This document shows, in pieces, positions 10,411-23,500 of a DNA stretch of 64,000 nt. Position 1 is the first letter of the stretch; every line of letters starts with the position of its first letter. Source of the stretch: Adineta vaga (taxonomy: Eukaryota > Animalia > Rotifera); contig CP075493.1 of the NCBI GenBank assembly GCA_021613535.1, forward strand, positions 12,772,001 through 12,836,000. Reading direction: 5' to 3'. Under the pieces are notes generated by a model, which did no database searches, was not told where the DNA came from, and saw only the letters and a program-made list of their open reading frames with translations. The position numbers and the translations under genes were made by a program.

Positions 10411-11687
10411 TTATTCAATTAATTGGATATTTGTAAATGACATCGCTTTTGTCTGAGAGTTAGTATATTTATTGAAAAAAGTTAGAATACTCTGAGCTGT
10501 TTCTTCAGGTTTGTCAATAGCCATGAAATGACCGCAATCATCGAAAATAACACATTCTGAAGTAGGTAATAGATCACGAAAGAATTCGGCACCACTGAAA
10601 GCATATACTCGATCTTCACGACCCCATAAAATCAATGTTGGACGAGTCATTTGTCGAAGTTTTTGATAGTGATTTTCAATATTTGGATAATCGTATTCCA
10701 AAAGTGAAGTCAATACTAACGATTCAGAAACAGTTAAATTTATATAACAGCGATTTATTTCCTATACCTTTCTTATGTTCTTCCAATAAACGTAATCTTA
10801 AATGTAAAAATCCATTGACAAATGGTCCCGGCATATTAATTCTTTTCACTGTTAAATTTCTAATCATTTGACGCAGTTGTTCAGGTGTTTCAGGTAACAG
10901 AGCATTGTATATACCACTACGCAATTGTCGAATTAAATCAGTTTCACATTCTTCATTTGCTATTGTAATAAGAGAAGAAAAAGCAAATAGATCAAAAAAA
11001 ACTCTTTACAAAATTTTACCAATAGGAGCTAATAAACAAAGCATGCTCACATATTCAGGATATTTCAGAGCGAACATACACACAATAGCACCACCCATGG
11101 AAGCACCCAGTAGACAAATTGGCTCAGTCAATTTCATTGTATCAAAGAACTATAACAATGAAATAGCAATCAAAAGATTAAAACAAAAGAATGGCGTACT
11201 AATTTAAGTTTTTCTACAAAATTTTCAATCGAATAGATTTCTTTATTGAATCCAACTGTTTCGCCATGACCCGGTAAATCAATACAAATACAATGATAAC
11301 TTGCTGGAATATTCTATAGATGGATAACGACATTGTAGAAATGAAGAACAATTTAATATAAACAAACTTTAATAATAGGTATCCATGTTTCTTTATTCGA
11401 AGACAGACCATGAACAAATACAATTGTTGGTTTTCCTGGATGTTTTGTACCTTTTTCTGTATAACTAAATGCTATGGATTCATTATTGTCAATAGTTAAA
11501 GTATGTTTAGCTAAACCAGCTCGATACGTTGTAAATCTGTATGATTGAATTAGTTATTAAGGTAACTAAGAACATTATATCATTCACTCACTTATAATAC
11601 AATTGAACAAGCCACGCCTGCCTATCATTTGATAAAGTATATATTTTAAAATCCTTGGTAAAATCCAAAGCAACGAATTACTTACAT
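10411..11687 (-). CDS. ABHD6: ABHD6-like alpha/beta-hydrolase (monoacylglycerol lipase type), multi-exon
   Basis: Spliced reading gives PTIVFVHGLSS, IDLPGHGET, LLGASMGG (nucleophile), LILWGREDRV, DCGHF. The probable start ATG is split AT|G by intron 11622-11685. Confidence 0.75.
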
Positions 11688-11912
11688 GTTGTTGAATGTT
11701 GCCTATTTAATAAAAAAATATGCTCGAAATAAAGATGTGGAGAAGAAAAAAACTCAACCAAATGTATGTGCAAATAAATACGCATTTTTTCGGGGAAAAA
11801 AATGGTAATTCGATGAAAGAAAAGAAGTTGATTGATCTCCGACGAAAATATTTGAAAAAGAAATTCTTTCTTTTGTTATTTTGAGGTTACTTTTTCATCG
11901 AAAAGAGGCATC

Positions 11913-12794
11913 ATGACGGAGATCACATTTACACTTCGATCACCCTACCAAGATAAACTTCGTCTAGTTGGACGGTATTGGCCAGTTTCGTCAATAAAAA
12001 AACCTAACGTAGCCATATTCTTTGTACATGGATCAGGCGAACATTGTCAGCGGTATAGACATGTAGCTCACTTCTTCAACGGACATAATATTCCGTGTGT
12101 AGCTTATGATTTACGCGGTCACGGTGTTTCAGGTGGAGAACGTGGTTTTGTCCCTCATATCAATGCTCTATTAGATGATCTCGATTGCATGATCAAATAT
12201 ACTCGTAATGAACTTTGTCTTACTATGCCTTTAATAATTTATGCACATGGAACAGGCTGTGTTCATTGTCTTGCTCATATTCTTCGAAGGCAGGCTCAAC
12301 AACCACTTGATTGTCAAGGCTTGATTTTGAGTACACCATCTGTATGTTTAAAAAAACGTCCTACTGCAATGATGTTCTTTGTCTCGAGATCGTTTGCAAA
12401 TCTGAGTCCTCATTTTCGTCTTCCTGTTGATGGGAATTATTCAAACAAATATACAAATGATGAAAACGTGGTCAAAGCTTATCGAGAAGATCCACTTGTA
12501 CATGATAGATGGCCTGCACGTACTGTTTCTTTATTTTTAGAAATGGGATATTTATTAGAAACAACTATTCTTCAATTTCCAATGCCAGTATTGATTCAAC
12601 ATGGTGCTGATGATACAGTAACACCCATCGAAACAATTCAGAAATGGGCTGCTGAACGAGTTAAAGGAGATGATGTAACATTCAAAGACTGGCCTAATCA
12701 TATGCATGAGTTACACAATGATTTAAATCGAGAAGAAGTGTTAGAGAATGTTCTTCATTGGATAGAAAAACATGTTATTGTTGACAATGCTTAA
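11913..12794 (+). CDS. MGLL/Hydrolase_4-family alpha/beta-hydrolase homolog lacking the catalytic Ser
   Basis: FVHGSGEH, YDLRGHGVSGGERG, HGADDTV and HELH are present, but the nucleophile elbow reads AHGTG instead of GHSMG. Confidence 0.8.
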   Translation: MTEITFTLRSPYQDKLRLVGRYWPVSSIKKPNVAIFFVHGSGEHCQRYRHVAHFFNGHNIPCVAYDLRGHGVSGGERGFVPHINALLDDLDCMIKYTRNELCLTMPLIIYAHGTGCVHCLAHILRRQAQQPLDCQGLILSTPSVCLKKRPTAMMFFVSRSFANLSPHFRLPVDGNYSNKYTNDENVVKAYREDPLVHDRWPARTVSLFLEMGYLLETTILQFPMPVLIQHGADDTVTPIETIQKWAAERVKGDDVTFKDWPNHMHELHNDLNREEVLENVLHWIEKHVIVDNA

Positions 12795-13116
12795 TAAACA
12801 GAGAATGTACGTGCGAATTCATAAAACTTTCAACTAGTATTTCTACACTTGTCACATGTGTTTATAATGACTATTATCAGTGCCATCAGCGTTCAAAATA
12901 AAAATTTCTAGAGTGTGAATGTCTGCTCGTCCTATTTGAATGTTATTGGTTTGTCATTTATACATGCAACGATAGCGGTCAACCAAGAGAGAGACAGAGA
13001 GAGTGATTTATGTTCGACGAGACTGAATAAAAACAAAGAGAAAAATAAGAGTGAACTCTGACTGTTTGACGAATATTTTAATAGAAGGAGGAGTGTCATT
13101 CTATTGAAAAAGAAAA

Positions 13117-14130
13117 ATGTGTCGTTGGTTCGCCTATATTGGCGAAGAGCCTACTCTTCTTGAAGATGTTCTTATTAAACCACATCATTCAATTGTTAAA
13201 CAAATCGATGTACATTTTCTTCCAAATCTTCACATCGTATACGATCCTCATCATGATCGAGATAAAGTTAGTTCAGGTGAAGCATCAGATACTCAAGGTC
13301 CCAATCATTTTACTAATATCGATGGATTCGGTATTGGTTACTATACAGGTGTTGCTGCTGAATTCAATGAAGATCATATCAATCGACCGTGTGTCTACAG
13401 AAATACGCATCCACCACTCAATGATCTTAATCTTCTATCCTTATGTTCTCATACATCAACGAAATGTGTCTTTGCACATCTTCGTGCTGGTTCAAGTCAA
13501 TCAGCGACCGTTGAAACGAACAATCATCCATTTGTTTTTGGTCGCTATATGTTCATGCATAATGGTTTTATAGGAAACTTTTCTGCAATTAAAATTCCAT
13601 TGTTACAGAAATTATCAACAGCTGCCTATGAGAATATATTTGGAACAACCGATACTGAACATGCTGCTGCTTTATTCTTTACACATTTAGGTGACGATTG
13701 GGATACAGAATATCCGATAGAAATCCTTAAAAAAGCGATGATAAATACACTTCAAGATATATTGACGTTGGTTCAAGAGAATATCAAAGATAAGAACATT
13801 GTCGTTCCACATAGTTTTCTTAATTTCGTAGTCACTGATAGTTATCAATTACTCGCTATTCGTTACTCATCAATGAATAAACTTGAACCACCCTCATTGT
13901 ATTATTCCACTACGGCTGGATCTACTCTTAATCGAAAATATTCAGATCATCCTGATGGCAAAGAAATTACGAAGAAAACCATGAAAGCTGCACATGAACA
14001 TGGAAAACATGTGATCGTAGCTAGTGAACCAAGTACCTACAAAGCAGATGAATGGCAATTAGTACCACGTAATTCGTTTGTTATTGTTAACAAAGAGTTA
14101 AATGTTGTCACGGAAAAAATTCATTTGTAA
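13117..14130 (+). CDS. Class II (Ntn) glutamine amidotransferase, DUG3/EgtC-like, intronless
   Basis: N-terminal MCR with catalytic Cys2; NIDGFGIGYY, FAHLRA, NNHPF, FMHNG, GTTDTE, IVASEP motifs. Confidence 0.85.
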   Translation: MCRWFAYIGEEPTLLEDVLIKPHHSIVKQIDVHFLPNLHIVYDPHHDRDKVSSGEASDTQGPNHFTNIDGFGIGYYTGVAAEFNEDHINRPCVYRNTHPPLNDLNLLSLCSHTSTKCVFAHLRAGSSQSATVETNNHPFVFGRYMFMHNGFIGNFSAIKIPLLQKLSTAAYENIFGTTDTEHAAALFFTHLGDDWDTEYPIEILKKAMINTLQDILTLVQENIKDKNIVVPHSFLNFVVTDSYQLLAIRYSSMNKLEPPSLYYSTTAGSTLNRKYSDHPDGKEITKKTMKAAHEHGKHVIVASEPSTYKADEWQLVPRNSFVIVNKELNVVTEKIHL

Positions 14131-14872
14131 AACTTTTATGAAATATTATAATATCGAAAATGCATTTAGATAAAAAATATTAAATCTTTTTGATTAGAGT
14201 GAGAATAAGATCAAAGATACACACAGGAGCGAGTGTAATAATTCTGTGCTGTAAAATTGTACATCTTAAATCTTTTCTTACACGTATGATTTTCAGTTGT
14301 TCTTCTATTAAAAGCCACTAAAAATATTGAAAAGTGAAAATAGGCAAGTTGAGACTTCACAGATGTGTGCTTACCAATAAATTCCATCCTATCATGCACG
14401 ATAGACCAAAATAAATAATGTTTTTTTTACTCGGTACTGTTGAAGTTCGCTGTATGTTTCAGAATTGAAAATTGATTTCTCAATAGTAATAGCTGTATGT
14501 CACGATAAGAATGGGCGTGTGATGGTGAAATTTTGATCACATCTACACCTACGTAATATTAAAGAAATAGTTAAATGCGCATTACTTGGACTTTCTTCTG
14601 TGATGTCAACTTATTATGAAAGCAAAAGTAAATACAGTGTTGTCAATCACTTCAGTTCTTTTCAATTATTATTGTAAAAAAGTGCATTCACTTTCACCTT
14701 TTTCTTTTCACTCGGTCAAATATCTCTTTAGCAACGATCCATGTACTTTTATTGAAAGAAAAAATTCTCGCAACGAATACACTCGTATATAAAGAGGTGA
14801 AGAAAATGATTGTTGGTTTATTTTATAAATACAAACGTTTCATCTCATAATATATCATTATACAGTAATAAA

Positions 14873-17432
14873 ATGAAGCAGATTTTGTGCTTTACCTTTT
14901 TAATTTCATGTGCATTTTATGGTGCGATCGACGGAGCACATTTTCGTGGTGGTATTATTTCATGGTACGTGTCCTTAACTGACGATTGTTCTTCAATCTT
15001 ATCTTACATATTTGATTTTCTATATATTGCTTATCTTCTTCTTCTTCTTTTCAGGCGTCCATTAAACAGTACACCATCGGGAACCACTGCACAGATTCTC
15101 ATACATCAAAGGTATTTCTGGAATCGATTATGGGGCAGCTTTACACCGCCTTATTGCACGGAAGCAAATGTCGCTGCTCAAACATCGATTCCCGTCAATT
15201 CTTTTATGACTTGTTTAGCAAATTGCACCAGTTCCACTTATCCTGGTGCAGGACTCTCAACCATTATGACCACTACAGATTGTGATGCAAACACGATCAT
15301 TGAATCATGGGCAGGCGAACGCTACGATACTCTCACATTGCCTTTGACAACATCGATTACGATTGGCTTTCAGTCGTCCGCATGGATGAGTGCTCTCTAT
15401 TTTGGCGGAGGAGGTTCATGGTCAATTGTCAATCGTCTGAATTTAGGTTTGAGACCCGATGGCTATATTAATACAAGTCCTGTTACAAATACATTACCAG
15501 TAGTATTTTATCCAGTGAGTACACCAGTCGTTCATATTGTACAAATGGCAGATAATGATGGAACTGATATATTGAAATGTCGTTGGTCCAATTCAGCTTC
15601 TGGTACAAATTACAATCGAGCAGACGAGTGCGGTGGTGTCTGTAGTGGATTACCTGCAGGAACTGTACTGTCTCCAACCAATTGTACTTTATCTTTCACT
15701 CTACCAACCACGAACCTCTATTATGCTTGTGCTCTTCAAATTGAAGATTATTATAACTCGGCCGCTGTAAACCCATTGAGTTCGATTCCAATACAGTTTT
15801 TATTCTATGCATACACAGCTTCGGCTGGTGCCTGTTCACAGCGTCCCGCAATTATTGGTACCCGTCCAAACAGAGGTATGAATTTAGATTATATACACAA
15901 TAAATGATGATTTTTACATTTATTTTAGCATGCATTGGTGTACCAATTGGTAAGTACAATTGACATTTTTTTCCTTTTCCTGAACTTCAAAAGCGATCCT
16001 TTAGGTGTTCAACTCAATGAAACTATCATTGTCCAAACATATTGTCCTAGTCAAGCAATTGTTGATTTTGTCACTAGTTCACCTATTGGAATGACACATA
16101 GTGCTATTTTAAATCCAAGTACTGGTAAGCAATTCTTAGTGGCTTGTTAGAATATATTTTAAAAACTATTGATTTTGAAATATTAAATCTTAGGTTTATG
16201 GACAATGGTATTGACGTGGACACCTGTAGCATCACAGTCTGGTCCACAAGGTTTTTGTGCCGGTGCCATCGACAACAGTAGTCTACAGTCAGATCCATGG
16301 TGTATTACGTATTTAGTTGATTATACATCGCCGAATTTGATTCAACCGACCTTGGTACAGGGATCAGCAAGTCCAATAGGTACTGTTTTTCAAAACCAAT
16401 CGATGTTTTCGATACAAGGTAGGCACCTTTGGGACATATAACTTATTTTTACTTTCAACTTTACGATTACATAGCAACAAACTTAGTTGGTCGTCCTACT
16501 CGCAATGCAACCAACATTTGCTTTCACGATGATTCTACAAATGCGTCCGTTTTATGTTACGATGCTGGATATGCTTCAAATATTGTTTATACTGGTTACA
16601 CAATTGTAATTTTCACGAATTATACATGGACACCTGGTAAATTTTATTACGTAACAATGGATAGTGGATTTGCCAGCGGAAGTGTATTTTGTCGTAAGTT
16701 TTATTTTCTTTCGATTATCGAAATTGATGTAATTTTATAGATGCTGAATCGGCTCCTATTACTGATAATACATTCTGGCGATTTAATATCTGGAATCCAG
16801 CAGTTTCGAGTACAACTACAACGACTACTACACCATTCACAACTGTTACAGTTACAACTAAACCAACATCAACTACTAGTATCAATACACTTGTAAGTAC
16901 TTTCATATCTTCTTCACATAGGCACCATACATACATATATAATTGATAGTTGACCACAACTGGCATAGTGATAACAACAACGGCTCCTGTTACAACTACT
17001 GCAACGACCGGCACTACATCACCTGCAACTACAGCTGGTAAATATATTCGTCTTTGATATAGCAAAACTTTATTTATTTCATCAGAAGCAAGTCGATAGT
17101 AATAATTTTTATATTCTAGCTTCAACAACAGCAGGTCCAACTGCATCAGGTTCAACGACTGAATCTACAGTTGCTGTTATGTATCCAAAAGATTTCGTAA
17201 ATAGACACAGTCAAATATAACTTATTGTCTTAATATGTTCTATCTATAATAGGAAGATGCGTGTAAACAACCAGTAGCAATGATGACAGCTATTATAATG
17301 GTTATCTTGATGCCTGGATATGCAGTGGTTATGTACGCAGGTTTCACAAAATTCTTAAATAAGTTCCAACCATCGAATATCAATGCAAAAATAAGACACC
17401 AACAACGAATGAAACGCATTCTTGGACATTGA
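14873..17432 (+). CDS. Type I membrane glycoprotein with AHFRGG N-terminal domain (integrin-beta-like/Sib-type), Thr-rich stalk and C-terminal TM; multi-exon
   Basis: Signal peptide MKQILCFTFLISCAFYGAIDG then AHFRGGIISW; INTSPV, DNDGTDILKCRWS, YACALQIED; Thr-rich exons 16800-17170; TM IMVILMPGYAVVMYAGF; TGA 17430-17432. Confidence 0.7.
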
Positions 17433-17699
17433 AGACAGTTTCCTATTGCTTCAAGAAACTGGACATTTCTTTCGACACCAGTATATTTGATTCCATAATT
17501 CTTCAACTATATGACGAATGTGTGAAACTGATCTTTTTCTATATTTCTTCTCAAAACGCTAATCTTGTACGTTTTTATCAGAATGCTGCTATTAAATCAG
17601 AACTTGTGTATAATTAAATATACACGAGAAATACAACAAATAATTTGAAGCAGCGAAAAGCATGATTAGTTTTTACTTTCATTGTTGATTAGACTTAAT

Positions 17700-19010
17700 T
17701 TCAGAGTCGTTGTGAGAAAACGCGTGATTTAACTATAGCTCGAACTCGTTTTATAGACGTCAAAAATTTCTTCTTGAACGACTTTGATAGAACAACAAAT
17801 ATTACAAGAGTTAACATTGGAGGAATAAATGAAATGAAATAGCCAATCAATGGTAGCTAGACATCACCGGTTGATTTCATACAATCAGATATAAACGATA
17901 GAATTAAACGTGGCATTGGTATTATACCTAAAACAATTGATGCAATGACTAAATATTTATGTATTCGAATTTGTGCATGTAAAGTTTTCCCATAAGTCGA
18001 GTCGTATTGTGTTTTGATACGTTGTCGACTAGTCATAGTCAAAGCTAAGTTGAGAACAAATGGAACAAAAAAATGAATTAAACTTATCGCTCTATCATAT
18101 ATTTGTACTCGAGATAAATAAGTAACAATACACCAAATCCGTCTTTTTGTTATATCATCATCATTCTCATCTAATAATCATCGATGAATAAGATCATGAA
18201 TTGTTGTACCACCCATAGTCCACAAGACAAAGAGAAAAATGATCTAAACGAGGATCAAATCTGTCTTTTTCATCATCACAGATTTGCATTTTATGTGATA
18301 TACAATCACATTTATAAAACCTCTTCGATTCCATTTCGATACAAGTATCATTAATTAAACGCACATTTTTCATCACACAATTGAAAGAAAAAGATACATT
18401 TTAATGAATAATAGCATTTATACATTATTGAACTATCACAAGCTGTTGAATCTTTAGAACAAATTGTATTACAACGATGAATTTGTTCATATGTGTTACT
18501 ATAGTATAGAAATAAATAGAAGAGATTGTATTCTACTTTATATGATCAAAGATGACAGGAAAATCGTCTGGTTTATGACATGTACTATTATATAAATAGA
18601 GTAATGTTTTGTTCGGCAAAAATCCACTAAATAATCGATCATCATAACAAATATAATATGGTCGAACTGTTTTTTTCATAACTAGAGGCCGCGGTTTTTG
18701 TCATAGGCAAAATAAATATGTACAAATAAAAGTGGTGTAGCTGGTATAAAAACCATATCAGAACATGATTTATTCATAATTTCAATAAAGGAATGATTCA
18801 AATGAATTTCTTGACATTCATTCATTTAATGTTTCCAACAATGCTCTTATCATCAATACTACTATTCGGACAATCGACAATCGTTGATAACGTTCAATAA
18901 TATCAAGTGGTGCTAACCAAACACTGTTATAACCAATCGAAGTAATATAGAAAGTATATTTTTGAATCGTGTCATCAGGATTAAATTGAATGAGATCAAA
19001 GAACAGTCAT
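17700..19010 (-). pseudogene. Decayed Cys-rich (LDLa/EGF-type) 7TM receptor relic
   Basis: Fragments such as PRLILSFISDCMKS...IGYFISFIPP and a Cys-rich piece (CIEMESKRFYKCDC) broken by stops and frameshifts; same motifs as the 42950-44340 relic. Confidence 0.6.
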
Positions 19011-19593
19011 GTGTATAACTTGTGCTCTGTCAGAATGAAGTGTTCATAATGCATCATACTTACCTTCTGCATCATAATAAAAGCTTACAAGAAAACAAGA
19101 AATAAAAATCAGAACAATTGATATTAAACGTTACCAGGCTTGCATACGTGAATATCGACTGTTTGACATTTCGAAAGCTCACGAGACTATATCCTTTTTT
19201 AAATATCTTTATTAGCTATTTCTCGAATTATCATATGAATATCAAGAAACCTGACAATAAATTATAGGAAATATTTTCGGCTTATCTTAAATTCCACATC
19301 ATCATTCTTTGATGACGATAGTTTCCGTTACTTGAGTTAGAAAAACTATTAGAGTTTAATTTTCATTTAGTTTTCGTTTCTTTGCTATCGTATTTATTTA
19401 TCAATGTGTTTTTTCGAGGAACAATAACTGAATCAGTTATGCGGAGTAGTTAAATTAATTTTATGATGTATTCTAATGATAATCGTTCGTTGCCAATGAG
19501 AACAATATTCTATAGATACAGTTAACTTTATTTCAAAACCAAATATACAGATATAGTTTTCACATTAAAACAACCATAAAATTATAGGTAGTT

Positions 19594-22500
19594 TCAATTT
19601 TTACTCTGCCTTAATCTATTGATATGTTGATCAGCAGATGAAGATCGTTTAGTCCTATTCTGACGAAAGAATGATACTAGTTGCTTGTTTTTTGAAGATG
19701 CATTCAGTCGTTGTTCATGTTCACTTTTAATTTTTTCAAATTCATCAATAATATTCTGACATACTTTTGGATGAAAACCGGAAATACTTGAGGCGAGTTT
19801 CGCATTCGATGAAACTTCTTTTTCTTTTCGACTTTGTCTTTCATCATTAGTTAAATTCAGTAAGGATGATGAAGATGCATTGAGAAGATTTGGTGATATA
19901 CGTCTTCCTTCGTTTTTGTAATTTTCTACGACATTTTTTACACTGGCATAAACACCTCGACTTAACCAAGTAATAGATGAAAGAGTGCTAATACCAGGTT
20001 TTATACATATATTCATTGTTGACATTAGAGTTCCAGCTGCAGCACCAAGTACACCATGACGTTGATAACCATTACGTGGTTGTATTATCATACCCGTCAC
20101 ACCATCTTTCCAACCGTTCCATAGAACTAAACCAGCAGTCTTTGCACCCGATTTAAAATCATTTACAATGGGACGTGGACGTGCTTTTGTATTACTAAAA
20201 TGAAAAAATGTTTTAAACTGTGCGTATACAACCGCATATCTTCATCAACTTACCTATATGGATCAAATAAACGAGGTACATGATCAAGTATATCGGTCAA
20301 TTCACCATATAACGATAAATATCCGATCGTTAAGTGACCAAGACCTAGACCAATACCTTTAGCAACAGTTCCAACACCTTCAAGGGCTTTGTTGCTTGAA
20401 TTTTCGTTGTTAGCTGTTCGTTTAAATTCTAATGCAGGATCAATAAACATTTTTGAGAAAGCTTTCTGTGAATGTTTGAAAAATCCATATGTAAGTATAT
20501 GCATATGATTATCATGTTTGAAATGCCAATCTCTTGTACTATGTGAACGAAGTTGAGATTCTTCTAGGACACCTGACGAAACTAATACTTGTGCAACGGG
20601 TCGTGATATTTGTATGTTATATTTATCTACATGATAGCAGGCAGCAAATGTTGGCTCCAAATCACTATGCATACGTTTTAAAGGTAGATTAGCATGAAAT
20701 GCGTATACTGCCACTGCACATCCATCTTCTTTTAAAATAGAATCACGAAGAGATTCAGCAGCAGTACGTGTAGTGGATTTATGAACAAAATGAAATGCTT
20801 CAATTAATTCATCTGTAGTAATTGATTTTCCAGGAATCGGCCGAGGACCAGCGCCACTTTTCGCAATTACAGTACCCCAGAAAAATTGATCTCCAAAGAA
20901 TGGAACAATAATTGTTGGTTTACCAGCACGAAGACCAGCTGCAGTAGTACCTGCACCACCATGATGACATACAGCCGATACTGAAAGGAAAACAACAAAT
21001 GAAATTATTCATATTTTCTTATCTATTTACCATGTTGAAAAAGCCAATCATGTGGTACATTTCCAACTTTAAATATATTAGAAGGTAGATGATCTGTATC
21101 AGAAGCAAGACCAGATAGAATAGCTCGATATCCAGTTCGAGTCAATGCTTCAACAACTACCGTAAGCATACGACGAGAATCATGTCCTGCAATCGAACCG
21201 AAACCAATATAAATCGGTTTATGATTAGTATTATCATTGAATCGAAGAAAATCGAGTAAATCTTGAGGTGGATTTGTATAAGCTGTACCAAGATCCAAAA
21301 AGAAAAAGCCAGACACATTGATATGTGATTCCCAATCATTTGGTTTGGAAACAAGTGATGGAGACCAACAATAAGTATGTGGTACTCGTTCATCAACTAG
21401 TGCATTGATGGCTTGACTAGTACTTAAACTTGAAAGACCCAATGTTTTCCTACGAAAACTATTAATAATATCACGAAGACCTGTCCATGTCTAGGAGAAG
21501 AAACAAAAATCAAATATTTCTATGTATTTATTTTTGCTATTATTTACCAGCATTTCAATAACATCATATGAATATCGATTAACTGCTTTTATTGATCCTG
21601 TTGAATTGTCAATATTGGATAATGGATGAGGAAAAGCAGATGTAGGTGTCCATGGCATTGTAAACATGATATGTAGAGGAATTTGTAACTTTTCAGCACA
21701 ATGAACATGACCAAATGATGGTGGATTGGCAATAATTGCCTCAGCTGTAAATGGCATATTAGTTTCATCATCATTTGCTGTACATGCTAGCCATGTAGAA
21801 GCAAGAATATCAGCTAAAGAACGTCGTTTCTTTCCAACATCTCCTGCTATAATACTATCCATCGAGGGAATAATACCCGTATTTTTAACCATGAATGAAA
21901 TTAAATCAACTGGGTCACCACCCAATGGATAATATTCGAGACCATTACCACGAACAAATGATCGAAATGCTTCATGTGTTGCTAATCGAACACGATGACC
22001 TTTTGCTCGAAGTGCTTGACCGAGACTAATAGGAAATATAGATATTATAAATTTCAAAGAATTTATTGTATTTAACTTACGCAATAAATGGTTGTACATC
22101 TCCTCTTGTACCAACGATAAGTATAACGATAGCTAAACGTGGTATAAGAAGATCATCGGTTAAATCAACTTTATTTTCATCAATTTGTTCGTCTTCGTTT
22201 GTATCATATTCAACAAGGTTAGGTGATGATGGTTCTGGTCTCAATGGTGCTCTGTATTTCTTTTTTGGTTTAAACATTACATCGATACGGCCACTATTAT
22301 CATCTAAACTAACTGTATAATCTAAAATTTCATTCTCTTTTTGTTCGGGATTTTTCGTTTTGTTTGTAAATCTGTCATCAACGTTCAGTTGTCCTGCTGC
22401 ACAAATGATTTTACCATGTAAAATAAAACGAGCATGAAGACAAAGAGTCGAATTTGAACAACAAATAACCAACGTATTATTACATTTTTGTTCATTATTA

Positions 22501-22919
22501 TCTGCACTTATTAGTAACTTTGAAGGAAATTCAATAAGATTAGTTAAAGCTGTCATTAATACACCAGAAAATAGTTGTGTATTATTAAGCCAAATAATAC
22601 CAGTAATATTCATTGAGATAGCGTCATTTAATTCATGATGAGATTCAAAAATAAGCTGAATTCGATGTTGCATTTGCATATCTATCGATGTCCAATCGAA
22701 TTGTTTACAATACCACCATTTGTGTAAATTTGTTTCTTGAAATTTATGTAAATCAATAATATGTGGTAAATTCACTGGAGACCAACGATGATCTGCATCG
22801 ACATTTTGTGCAGCTGCAACTATGATATTATCGTTGATTTCTTCATTTTCTGATTGATAATAACATTTCCATTTGTTATCTAAATCGATCGTGGTTAAAT
22901 CTTCTTTATATGTTTCCAT
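19594..22919 (-). CDS. Sterol 3-beta-glucosyltransferase (UGT80/ATG26-like GT1) with N-terminal extension, 5 exons
   Basis: IVILIVGTRGDVQPFIA|LGQAL..GHRVRLATH; IIANPPSFGHVHCAEKL; PIYIGFGS; VPHDWLF; VCHHGGAGTTAAGLRAGKPTIIVPFFGDQFFWG on the minus strand at 20875-20975. Confidence 0.85.
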
Positions 22920-23500
22920 CCTTCGTTTGTTTCTCGAAAAAATTTAAAAAGAAGTCAGTCTTTAGTTCTCTTTATGAACTCTGAAGAAAAACGTCCTTTT
23001 CTTTCTTATTGTGGGTACATGTTTTGAATAATGTCGTATTTATACTGCCATCTGTTCCTTTCATTTCTTTTTTTTTATCTTTCTTTCTTTCTTTTCTTTT
23101 TCCTATTTTTACAGCCACATTACGAGTCATAATCTTACCTTATTTGGTATATGATAAATTAGTCATATAAAAAAGTATATAAAATGATTCATCGAAACTC
23201 TGCTGACTCATTCTGTGTTTAGAAGTAACATAAGTCGTCCTTGAAGTTCACTGTGCACTTTAAGTTCGCGATACACTGAAAGTGCACTATATGTAAAAAC
23301 GTCATTTGATTTCTTTGTAGTAATGATACCCATTATTTGATTTGAATCGAAAATTTAGTGTTTTATACTATTTTTAAAAAAAGACAAATATCTTTATTTA
23401 TTTGGTATACGTGGATAATCGACGTGACACTAAAATATAACACGTATTCAATATCGATAAGAATAAATAGATATGATATCTCTGGAACAAGCTACAAAAT

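Noticed and set aside
16715-17155. 146-aa Val-rich minus-strand ORF
   Set aside because: Antisense shadow of Thr-rich exons of the plus-strand gene
23253-23287. GTGCACTTT/AAAGTGCAC inverted repeat
   Set aside because: Only 9 bp with no other support; could be chance
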